From NCBI GenBank assembly GCA_964016885.1, contig OZ024744.1:11284001-11348000 (forward strand): DNA of 64,000 nucleotides. Direction: 5' to 3'. Position numbers and translations under genes: made by a program. Of this stretch, positions 1 to 12,350 are shown piece by piece; within the stretch, counting starts at the first letter, position 1; each line of letters begins with the position of its first letter. The notes beneath the pieces are model-generated. The model was not told where the DNA came from, did not search any database, and was given only the letters and a program-made list of their open reading frames with translations. This DNA comes from Eledone cirrhosa (taxonomy: Eukaryota).

Positions 1-3000
1 GTTTTACTCCAATATGTTGTGTTGTTATACTCCAATATGTTGTGCTGTTGTACTCCAATATGTCATGTTGTTGTACTCCGATATTTCGTGTTGTTCTACT
101 CCAATATTTCGTGTTGTTGTACTCCAATATCTCGTGGTGTTGTACTCCAATATGTTTTGATGTTGTACTCCAATATGTCGTGTTGTTGTACTCCAATATG
201 TTGTGTTGTTGTACTCCAATATGCTGTGTTGTTATACTCCTATATGTTGTGCTGTTGTACTTCAATATGTTGTGTTCTACTCCAATATGTTGTGTTGTTC
301 TACTCCAATATGTTGTGTTGTTGTACTCCAATATGTGATGTTGTTGTACTCCAATATGTCGTATTGTTGTACTCCAATATATTGTGTTGTTATACTCCAA
401 TATTTCGTGTTGTTTTAGTCCAATATGTCATGTTGTTTTACTCCAATATTTCGTGTTGTTGTACTCCAATATGTCATGGTGTTGTACTTCAATATGTCGT
501 ATTGTTGTACTCAAATATGTTGTGTTGTTGTTCTCCAATATGTCGTGTTGTTATACTCCAATATGTTATGATGTTGTACTCCAATATATTGTGTTGTTGT
601 ACTCCAATATGTTGTGTTGTTGTACTCCAATATGTTGTTGTACTCCAATATGCCATGTTGTTATACTCCAATATTTCGTGGTGTTGTACTCCAATATGTC
701 ATGTTGTTGTACTCCAATATTTCGTGTTGTTGTACTCCAATATGTCATAGGGGTTGTACTCCAATATGGTTTGTTGTTGTACTCCAATATGCTGTGTTGC
801 TGTACTCCAATAGGTTGTGTTGTTGTACTCCAATATGCTGTGTTGGCTGTGCTCCAATACGTTGTGTTGTTGTACTCCAATATGTTGTGCTGCTGTACTC
901 CAATATGTTGTGTTGTTGTACTCCAATATGTTGTGTTGTTGTACTCCAATATGTTGTGTTGTTGTACTCCAATCTATATCGCTGTTGTACTCCAATATGT
1001 TGTGTTGTTGTACTCCAATATGTTGTGTTGTTGTACTCCAAAATATTGTGTTGTTATACTCCAATATGTTGTGTTGTTATACTCCAATATGTTGTGCTGT
1101 TATACTCCAATATGTTGTGTTGTTGTACTCCAATATGTTGTGCTGTTATACTCCAATACTTTGTGTTGTTATACTCCAATATGTGGTATTGTTGTACTCC
1201 AATATGTTGTGCTGTTGTCCTCCAATATGTTGTGTTGTTATACTCCAATATGTTGTGTTGTTATACTCGAATATTTTGTGTTGTTATACTCGAATATCTT
1301 GTGTTGTTATACTCGAATATGTTGTGCTGTTGTACTCCAATATGTCGTGTTGTTGTACTCCAATATATCATGTAGTTGTACTCCAATATTTCGTGTTGTT
1401 GTACCCCAATATGTAGTGTTGTTTATACTCCAATATGTTTTGCTGTTGTACTCCAATATGATGTGCTGTTGTACTCCAATATGTTGTATTGTTGTTCTCC
1501 AATATGTCATGTTATACTCCAATAAGTTGTGTTCTTGTACTCCAATATGTTGTGTTGTTGTACTCCAATATATCATGTTGTCGTACTCCAATATGTCATG
1601 TTATACTCCAATATGTCATTGTTGTACTCCAATATGTCGTGTTGTTGTACTCCAATATGTCGTGTTGTTGTACTCCAATACGTCGTGTTGTACTCCAATA
1701 TGTTGTATTGTTATACTCCAATATGTTATGTTGTTGTACTCCAATATGTCTTGTTGTTGTACTTCAATATGTTTTGATGTTGTACTCCAATATGTTGTGT
1801 TGTTGTACTCCAATATGTTTTGATGTTGTACTCCAATATGTTGTGTTCTTGTACTCCAATATGTTGTGTTGTTGTACTCCAATATATCATGTTGTCGTAC
1901 TCCAATATGTCATGTTATACTCCAATATGTCATTGTTGTACTCCAATATGTCGTGTTGTTGTACTCCAATATGTCGTGTTGTTGTACTCCAATATGCTGT
2001 GTTGTTATACTCCAATATGTTGTGTTGTTGTACTCCAATATGTTGTGTTGTTATACTCCAATATGTTGTGTTGTTGTACTCCAATATGTCATGTTGTTGT
2101 ACTCCAATATGTTGCGTTGTTGTACTCCAATATATCATGTTGTCGTACTCCAATATGTTTTGATGTTGTACTCCAATATGTTGTGTTGTTGTACTCCAAT
2201 ATGTTGTGTAGTCGTACTCCAATATGTTGTGTTGTTGTACTCCAATATGCTGTGATGTTGTACTCCAATATGATGTGCTGTTGTACTCCAATGCGTTGTG
2301 TTGTTGTACTCCAATATGCTGTGTTGTTATACTCCAATATGTTGTGTTGTTATACTCCAATCTGTTGTGTTGTTATACTCCAATATATTGTGTTGTTACA
2401 CTCCAATATGTTGTGTTGTTTTACTCCAATATCTTGTATTGTTGTTCTCCAATATGTCATGTTATACTCCAATAAGTTGTGTTCTTGTACTCCAATATGT
2501 TGTGTTGTTGTACTCCAATATGTTGTGTTGTTGTACTCCAATATATCATGTTGTCGTACTCCAATATGTCATGTTATACTCCAATGTGTCATTGTTGTAC
2601 TCCAATATGTCGTGTTGTTGTACTCCAATATGTCGTGTTGTTGTACTCCAATATGTTGTGTTGTTGTACTCCAATATGTTGTGTTGTTGTACTCCAATAT
2701 GTTGTGTTGTTATACTCCAATATGTTATGTTGTTGTACTCCAATATGTCATGTTGTTGTACTCCAATATGTTTTGATGTTGTACTCCAATATGTCGTGTT
2801 GTTATACTCCAATATGTTATGATGTTGTACTCCAATATATTGTGTTGTTGTACTCCAATATGTTGTGTTGCTGTACTCCAATATGTTGTGTCGTTGTACT
2901 CCAATACGCTGTGTTGTTGTACTCCAATATGTTGTGTTGTTGTACTCCAATATGTTGTTGTACTCCAATATGCCATGTTGTCGTACTCCAATATTTCGTG

Positions 3001-6000
3001 TTGTTGTACTCCAATATGTCATGGTGTTGTACTCCATTATGTTGTGTTGTTGTACTCCAATATGTTGTGTTGTTGTACTCCAATATGTTGTGTTGTTGTA
3101 CTCCAATATGTTGTGTTGTTGTACTCCAATATGTTGTGTTGTTGTACTCCAATATGTTGTGTTGTTGTACTCCAATATGCCATGTTGTTATACTCCAATA
3201 TGTGGTGGTGTTGTACTACAATATGTCATGTTGTTGTACTCCAATATTTCGTGTTGTTGTACTCCAATATTTCATAGGGGCTGTACTCCAATATGCTGTG
3301 TTGCTGTACTCCAATAGGTTGTGTTGTTGTACTCCAATATGCTGTGTTGGCTGTGCTCCAATACGTTGTGTTGTTATACTCCAATATTTTGTGCTGCTGT
3401 ACTCCAATATGTTGTGTTGTTGTACTCCAATATGTTGTGTTGTTGTACTCCAATATGTTGTGTTGTTGTACTCCAATCTATATCGCTGTTGTACTCCAAT
3501 ATGTTGTGTTGTTGTACTCCAATATGTTGTGCTGTTGTACTCCAATATGTTGTGCTGTTGTGCTCCAATATTTTGTGCTGTTACACTCCAATATATTGTG
3601 TTGTTATAATCCAATATGTTGTGTTGTTGTACTCCAAAATATTGTGTTGTTATACTCCAATATGTTGTGTTGTTATACTCCAATAAGTTGTGCTGTTATA
3701 CTCCAATATGTTGTGTTGTTGTACTCCAATATGTTGTGCTGTTATACTCCAATATTTTGTGTTGTTATACTCCAATATGTGGTATTGTTGTACTCCAATA
3801 TGTTGTGCTGTTGTACTCCAATATGTTGTGTTGTTATACTCCAACATGTTGTGTTGTTATACTCCAATATGTTGTGTTGTTATACTCGAATATGTTGTGT
3901 TGTTATACTCGAATATCTTGTGTTGTTATACTCGAATATGTTGTGCTGTTGTACTCCAATATGTCGTGTTGTTGTACTCCAATATATCATGTACTTGTAC
4001 TCCAATATTTCGTGTTGTTGTACCCCAATATGTAGTGTTGTTTATACTCCAATATGTTTTGCTGTTGTACTCCAATATGTTGTGTTGCTGTACTCCTATA
4101 TGTTGTGTTGTTATTCTCCAATATGTTGTGCTGTTGTACTCCAATGTGTTGTGTTGTTATACTCCAATATGTTGTGTTGATTTACTCCAATATGTTGTGT
4201 TGTTGTACTCCAATCTGTTGTGTTGTTATACTCCAATGTGTTGTGTTGTTATACTCCAATATGTTGTGTTGTTGTAGTCCAATATGTTGTGTTGTCGTAC
4301 TCCAATATGTTGTGTTGTTATACTCCAATATTTCGTGTGGTTGTACTCCAATATGTCATGGTGTTGTACTTCAATATGTCGTGTTGCTGTACTCCAATAT
4401 GTTGTCTTGCTGTACTCCAATATGTTGTGTTGTTGTACTCCAATATCTTGTGTTCTTATACTCCAATATGTTGTGTTGTTATACTCCAATATGTTGTGTT
4501 GTTGTACTCCAATATGTTGTGCTGTTTTACTCCAATATGTTGTGTTGTTGTACTCCAATATGTTGTATTGTTTTTCTCCAATATGTCATGTTATACTCCA
4601 ATAAGTTGTGTTCTTGTACTCCAATATGTTGTGTTGTTGTACTCCAATATATCATGTTGTCGTACTCCAATATGTCATGTTATACTCCAATATGTCATTG
4701 TTGTACTCCAATATGTCGTGTTGTTGTACTCCAATATGTTGTGTTGATTTACTCCAATATGTTGTGTTGTTGTACTCCAATCTGTTGTGTTGTTATACTC
4801 CAATATGTTGTGTTGTTATACTCCAATATGTTGTGTTGTTTTACTCCAATATGTTGTGTTGTTGTACTCCAATATCTTGTGTTGTTATACTCCAATATGT
4901 TGTGTTGTTGTACTCCAATATGTTGTGTTGTTATACTCCAATATGTTGTGTTGTGATACTCCAATATGTTGTGCTGTTGTACTCCAATATGTTGTGTTGT
5001 TATACTCCAATATGTTGTGTTGTTTTACTCCAATATGTTGTGTTGTTGTACTCCAATATGTTGTATTGTTGTTCTCCAATATGTCATGTTATACTCCAAT
5101 AAGTTGTGTTCTTGTACTCCAATATGTTGTGTTGTTGTACTCCAATATATCATGTTGTCGTACTCCAATATGTCATGTTATACTCCAATATGTCATGTTG
5201 TTGTACTCCAATATGTCGTATTGTTATACTCCAATATGTTTTGATGTTGTACTCCAATATGTTGTGTAGTCGTACTCCAATATGTTGTATTGTTATACTC
5301 CATTATGTTGTGCTGTTGTACTCCAATATGTTCTGTTGTTGTACTCCAATATATTGTGTTGTTGTACTCCAATATGTCGTGTTGTTGTACTCCAATATGT
5401 CGTGTTGTTGTACTCCAATATGTTGTGTTGTTGTACTCCAATATGTTGTGTTGTTGTACTCCAATATGTTGTATTGTTATACTCCAATATGTTATGTTGT
5501 TGTACTCCAATATGTCATGTTGTTGTACTCCAATATGTTTTGATGTTGTACTCCAATATGTTGTGTTGTTGTACTCCAATATGTTTTGATGTTGTACTCC
5601 AATATGTTGTGTTGTTGTACTCCAATATGCTGTGTAGTCGTACTCCAATATGTTGTGTTGTTGTACTCCAATATGCTGTGATGTTGTACTCCAATATGAT
5701 GTGCTGTTGTACTCCAATGCGTTGTGTTGTTGTACTCCAATATGCTGCGTTGTTATACTCCAATATGTTGTGTTGTTGTACTCCAATATGTTGTGTTGTT
5801 GTACTCCAATATGTTGTGTTGTTGTAATCCAATATCTTGTGTTGTTATACTCCAATATGTTGTGCTGTTGTACTCCAATATGTTGAGTTGTTATACTCCA
5901 ATATGTAGTGTTGTTATACTCCAATATGTTGTGTTGTTGTACTCCAATCTGTTGCGTTATACTCCAATATGTTGTGTTGTTATACTCCAATATGTTGTGT

Positions 6001-6800
6001 TGTTATACTCCAATATGTTGTGTTGCTTTACTCCAATATGTTGTATTGTTGATCTCCAATATGTCATATTATACTCCAATAAGTTGTGTTCTTGTACTCC
6101 AATATGTGTTGTTGTTGTACTCCAATATGTTGCGTTGTTGTACTCCAATATATCATGTTGTCGTACTCCAATATGTCATGTTATACTCCAATATGTTTTG
6201 ATGCTGTACTCCAATATGTTGTGTTGTTGTACTACAATATGTTGTGTTGTTGTACTCCAATATGTTGTGTTGTTATACTCCAATATGGTGTGCTGTTGTA
6301 CTCCAATATGTTGTGTTGTTATACTCCAATATGTAGTGTTGTTATACTCCAATATGTTGTGTTGTTGTACTCCAATCTGTTGTGTTGTTATACTCCAATA
6401 TATTGTGTTGTTATACTCCAATATGTTGTGTTGTTTTACTCCAATATGTTGTGTTGTTGTACTCCAATATGTTGTGTTCTTGTACTCCAATATGTCGTGT
6501 TGTCGTACTCCAATATGTTGTGTTGTTGTACTCCAATATGTTGTGCTGTTGTACTCCAATATGTTGTGTTGTTGTACTCCAATATGTTGTGTTGTTATAC
6601 TCCAATATGTTGTGCTGTTGTACTCCAATATTCCGTGTTGTTGTACTCCAATACGTCGTGTTGTACTCCAATATGTTGTGTTGTTATACTCCAATATGTT
6701 ATGTTGTTGTACTCCAATGTGTCTTGTTGTTGTACTCCAATATGTTTTGATGTTGTACTCCAATATGTTTTGTTGTTATTCTCCAATATGTTGTGATGTT
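1..6800 (+). repeat. Intra-array duplication, copy 1 (partner about 21824-28620, offset 21,823 bp)
   Basis: ORF translations are identical at a constant offset: 384..1823 = 22207..23646, 2479..3609 = 24302..25432, 6086..6796 = 27909..28619. Confidence 0.95.
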
Positions 6801-9800
6801 GTACTCCAATGCGTTGTGTTGTTGTACTCCAATGTGATGTGTTGTTGTACTCCAATATGTTGTGCTGTTGTACTCCAATATTTTTTTGTTTTTTTGTACT
6901 CCAATATGTTGTGTTGTTATACTCCAATATGTTGTGTTGTTATACTCCAATATGGTGTGTTGTTGTACTCCAATATGTTGTATTGTTTTCTCCAATATGT
7001 CATGTTATACTCCAATATGGTGTGTTCGTGTACTCCAATATGTTGTGTTATTGTACTCCAATATGTTGCGTTGTTGTACTCCAATATGTTGTGTTGTTAT
7101 ACTCCAATATGTCATGTGGCTGTACTCCAATATGTCATGTTGTTGTACTCCAATATGTCTTGTTATAGTCCAATATGTCGTGTTGTTGTACTCCAATATA
7201 TCATGTAGTTGTACTCCAATATTTCGTGTTGTTGTACCCCAATATGTAGTGTTGTTTATACTCCAATATGTTTTGCTGTTGTACTCCAATATGTTGTGTT
7301 GCTGTACTCCTATATGTTGTGTTGTTATTCTCCAATATGTTGTGCTGTTGTACTCCAATGTGTTGTGTTGTTATACTCCAATGTGTTGTGTTGTTATACT
7401 CCAATATGTTGTGTTGTTGTAGTCCAATATGTTGTGTTGTCGTACTCCAATATGTTGTGTTGTTATACTCCAATATTTCGTGTGGTTGTACTCCAGTATG
7501 TCATGGTGTTGTACTTCAATATGTCGTGTTGTTGTACTCCAATATGTTGTCTTGTTGTACTCCAATCTGTTGTATTGTTGTACTTCAATATGTTCGGTTG
7601 TTGTACTCCAATATATTGTGTTGTTGTACTCCAATATGTTGTGTTGTTGTACTCCAATATGCTGTGTTGTTGTACTCCAATATGTTGTGTTGTTGTACTC
7701 CAATATGTTGTGTTGTTGTACTCCAATATCTTGTGTTCTTATACTCCAATATGTTGTGTTGTTATACTCCAATATATTGTGTTGTTGTACTCCAATATGT
7801 TGTGCTGTTGTACTCCAATATGATGTGCTGTTGTACTCCAATATGTTGTGTTGTTGTACTCCAATGTGTTGTGTTGTTGTACTCCAATATGTTGTGCCGT
7901 TGTACTCCAATATTTTTTTGTTTTTGTACTCCAAAATGTTGTGTTGTTATACTCCAATATGTTGTGTTGGTGTACTCCAATATGGTGTGCTGTTGTACTC
8001 CAAATCTCGTGTTGTTATACTCCAATGTGTTGTGTTGTTATACTCCAATATGGTGTGTTGTTGAACTCCAATATGTTGTATTGTTTTTCTCCAATATGTC
8101 ATGTTATACTCCAATATGTCGTGTTGCTGTACTCCAATATGTCATGCTGTTGTACTCCAATATGTTTTGCTGTTGTACTCCACCGTGTTGTGTTGTTGAA
8201 CTCCAATACGTTGTGTTGTTGTTCTCCAATATTTTGTGCTGTTGTACTCCAATTTGTGTTGTTGTACTCCAATATGTTGTGTTGTTGTACTCCAATATGT
8301 TGTGTTGTTGTACTCCAATATGTTGTGTTGTTATACTCCAATATGTTGTGCTGTTGTACTCCAATATTTCGTGTTGTTGTACTCCAATACGTCGTGTTGT
8401 TGTACTCCAATATGTTTTGATGTTGTACTCAAATATGTTGTGTTGTTGTACTCCAATATGTTTTGATGTTGTACTCCAATATGTTGTGTTGTTGTACTCC
8501 AATATGTTGTGTAGTCTTACTCCAATATGTTGTGTTGTTGTACTCCAATATGCTGTGATGTTGTACTCCAATATGATGTGATGTTGTACTCCAATGCGTT
8601 GTGTTGTTGTACTCCAATGTGATGTGTTGTTGTACTCCAATATGTTGTGCCATTGTACTCCAATATTTTTTATATTTGTACTCCAATATGTTGTGTTGTT
8701 ATACTCCAATATGTTGTGCTGTTGTACTCCAAATCTCGTGTTGTTATACTCCAATGTGTTGTGTTGTTATACTCCAATATGGTGTGTTGTTGTAGTCCAA
8801 TATGTTGTATTGTTTTTTTCCAATGTGTCATGTTATACTCCAATATGTTGTGTTCGTGTACTCCAATATGTTGTGTTATTGTACTCCAATATGTTGCGTT
8901 GTTGTACTCCAATATGTTGTGTTGTTATACTCCAATATGTTGTGTTGTTGTACTGCAATATGTTGTCTTGTTGTACTCCAAAAGGCCATGTTATCGTACT
9001 CCAATATGTCTTGTTATACTCCAATATGTCGTGTGGCTGTACTCCAATATGTCATGTTGTTGTACTCCAATATGTCTTGTTATAGTCCAATATGTCGTGT
9101 TGTTGTACTCCAATATGTCATGTAGTTGTATTCCAATATTTCGTGTTGTTGTACCCCAATATGTCGTGTTGTTTATACTCCAATATGTTTTGCTGTTGTA
9201 CTCCAATATGTTGTGTTGCTGTATTCCAATATGTTGTGTTGTTATTCTCCAATATGTTGTGCTGTTGTACTCCAATGTGTTATGTTGTTATACTCCAATA
9301 TGTTGTGCTGTGCTACTCCAATATATTGTGTTGTTGTACTCCAATGTGTTGTGTTGTTATACTCCAATATGTTGTGTTGATTTACTCCAATATGTTGTGT
9401 TGTTGTACTCCAATCTGTTGTGTTGTTATACTCCAATATGTTGTGTTGTTATACTCCAATATGTTGTGTTGTTTTACTCCAATATGTTGTGTTGTTGTAC
9501 TCCAATATGTTGTGTTGTTGTACTCCAATATGTTGTGTTGTTGTGATCCAATATCTTGTGTTGTTATACTCCAATATGTTGTGTTGTTGTACTCCAATAT
9601 GTTGTGTTGTTATACTCCAATATGTTGTGTTGTGATACTCCAATATGTTGTGCTGTTGTACTCCAATATGTTGTGTTGTTATACTCCAATATGTTGTGTT
9701 GTTTTACTCCAATATGTTGTGTTGTTGTACTCCAATATGTTGTATTGTTGTTCTCCAATATGTCATGTTATACTCCAATAAGTTGTGTTCTTGTACTCCA

Positions 9801-10489
9801 ATATGTTGTGTTGTTATACTCCAATATATCATGTTGTCGTACTCCAATATGTCATGTTATACTCCAATATGTCGTTGTTATACTCCAATATGTCATGTTG
9901 TTGTACTCCAATATGTCGTATTGTTATACTCCAATATGTTTTGATGTTGTACTCCAATATGTTGTGTAGTCGTACTCCAATATGTTGTATTGTTATACTC
10001 CATTATGTTGTGCTGTTGTACTCCAATATGTTCTGTTGTTGTACTCCAATATATTGTGTTGTTGTACTCCAATATGTCGTGTTGTTGTACTCCAATATGT
10101 TGTGTTGTTATACTCCAATATGTAGTGTTGTTATACTCCAATATGTTGTGTTGTTGTACTCCAATCTGTTGTGTTATACTCCAATATGTTGTGTTGTTGT
10201 ACTCCAATATGTTGTATTGTTGTTCTCCAATATGTCATGCTATACTCCAATAAGTTGTGTTCTTGTACTCCAATATGTTTTGTTGTTGTACTCCAATATG
10301 TTGTGTTGTTGTACTCCAATATATCATGTTGTCGTACTCCAATATGTCATGTTATACTCCAATATGTCGTTGTTATACTCCAATATGTCATGTTGCTGTA
10401 CTCCAACATGTCGTGTTGTAGTACTCCAATATGTTTTGATGTTGTACTCCAATATGTTGTGTTGTTGTACTCCAATATGTTGTGTTGTT

Positions 10490-12350
10490 GTACTCCAATA
10501 TGTTGTGTTGTTATACTCCAATATGTTGTGCTGTTGTACTCCAATATGTCATGTTGTTGTACTCCGATATTTCGTGTTGTTCTACTCCAATATTTCGTGT
10601 TGTTGTACTCCAATATCTCGTGGTGTTGTACTCCAATATGTTTTGATGTTGTACTCCAATATGTCGTGTTGTTGTACTCCAATATGTTGTGTTGTTGTAC
10701 TCCAATATGCTGTGTTGTTATACTCCTATATGTTGTGCTGTTGTACTTCAATATGTTGTGTTCTACTCCAATATGTTGTGTTGTTCTACTCCAATATGTT
10801 GTGTTGTTGTACTCCAATATGTGATGTTGTTGTACTCCAATATGTCGTATTGTTGTACTCCAATATATTGTGTTGTTATACTCCAATATTTCGTGTTGTT
10901 TTAGTCCAATATGTCATGTTGTTTTACTCCAATATTTCGTGTTGTTGTACTCCAATATGTCATGGTGTTGTACTTCAATATGTCGTATTGTTGTACTCAA
11001 ATATGTTGTGTTGTTGTTCTCCAATATGTCGTGTTGTTATACTCCAATATGTTATGATGTTGTACTCCAATATATTGTGTTGTTGTACTCCAATATGTTG
11101 TGTTGTTGTACTCCAATATGTTGTTGTACTCCAATATGCCATGTTGTTATACTCCAATATTTCGTGGTGTTGTACTCCAATATGTCATGTTGTTGTACTC
11201 CAATATTTCGTGTTGTTGTACTCCAATATGTCATAGGGGTTGTACTCCAATATGGTTTGTTGTTGTACTCCAATATGCTGTGTTGCTGTACTCCAATAGG
11301 TTGTGTTGTTGTACTCCAATATGCTGTGTTGGCTGTGCTCCAATACGTTGTGTTGTTGTACTCCAATATGTTGTGCTGCTGTACTCCAATATGTTGTGTT
11401 GTTGTACTCCAATATGTTGTGTTGTTGTACTCCAATATGTTGTGTTGTTGTACTCCAATCTATATCGCTGTTGTACTCCAATATGTTGTGTTGTTGTACT
11501 CCAATATGTTGTGTTGTTGTACTCCAAAATATTGTGTTGTTATACTCCAATATGTTGTGTTGTTATACTCCAATATGTTGTGCTGTTATACTCCAATATG
11601 TTGTGTTGTTGTACTCCAATATGTTGTGCTGTTATACTCCAATACTTTGTGTTGTTATACTCCAATATGTGGTATTGTTGTACTCCAATATGTTGTGCTG
11701 TTGTCCTCCAATATGTTGTGTTGTTATACTCCAATATGTTGTGTTGTTATACTCCAATATGTTGTGTTGTTATACTCGAATATTTTGTGTTGTTATACTC
11801 GAATATCTTGTGTTGTTATACTCGAATATGTTGTGCTGTTGTACTCCAATATGTCGTGTTGTTGTACTCCAATATATCATGTAGTTGTACTCCAATATTT
11901 CGTGTTGTTGTACCCCAATATGTAGTGTTGTTTATACTCCAATATGTTTTGCTGTTGTACTCCAATATGATGTGCTGTTGTACTCCAATATGTTGTATTG
12001 TTGTTCTCCAATATGTCATGTTATACTCCAATAAGTTGTGTTCTTGTACTCCAATATGTTGTGTTGTTGTACTCCAATATATCATGTTGTCGTACTCCAA
12101 TATGTCATGTTATACTCCAATATGTCATTGTTGTACTCCAATATGTCGTGTTGTTGTACTCCAATATGTCGTGTTGTTGTACTCCAATACGTCGTGTTGT
12201 ACTCCAATATGTTGTATTGTTATACTCCAATATGTTATGTTGTTGTACTCCAATATGTCTTGTTGTTGTACTTCAATATGTTTTGATGTTGTACTCCAAT
12301 ATGTTGTGTTGTTGTACTCCAATATGTTTTGATGTTGTACTCCAATATGT
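10490..12350 (+). repeat. Copy of about 1-1840 (offset 10,486, then 10,509 after one extra monomer)
   Basis: ORFs 203..418 = 10689..10904, 1054..1248 = 11540..11734, 1529..1777 = 12038..12286. Confidence 0.92.

Noticed and set aside
746-756. GGGG tracts as G-quadruplex sites
   Set aside because: They are isolated single G4 runs spaced kilobases apart and cannot form an intramolecular quadruplex.
6880-6896. T-tracts as intrinsic terminators or retroelement poly(A) tails
   Set aside because: They have no upstream hairpin or element body, and they sit in register as G>T degenerate linkers within monomers.
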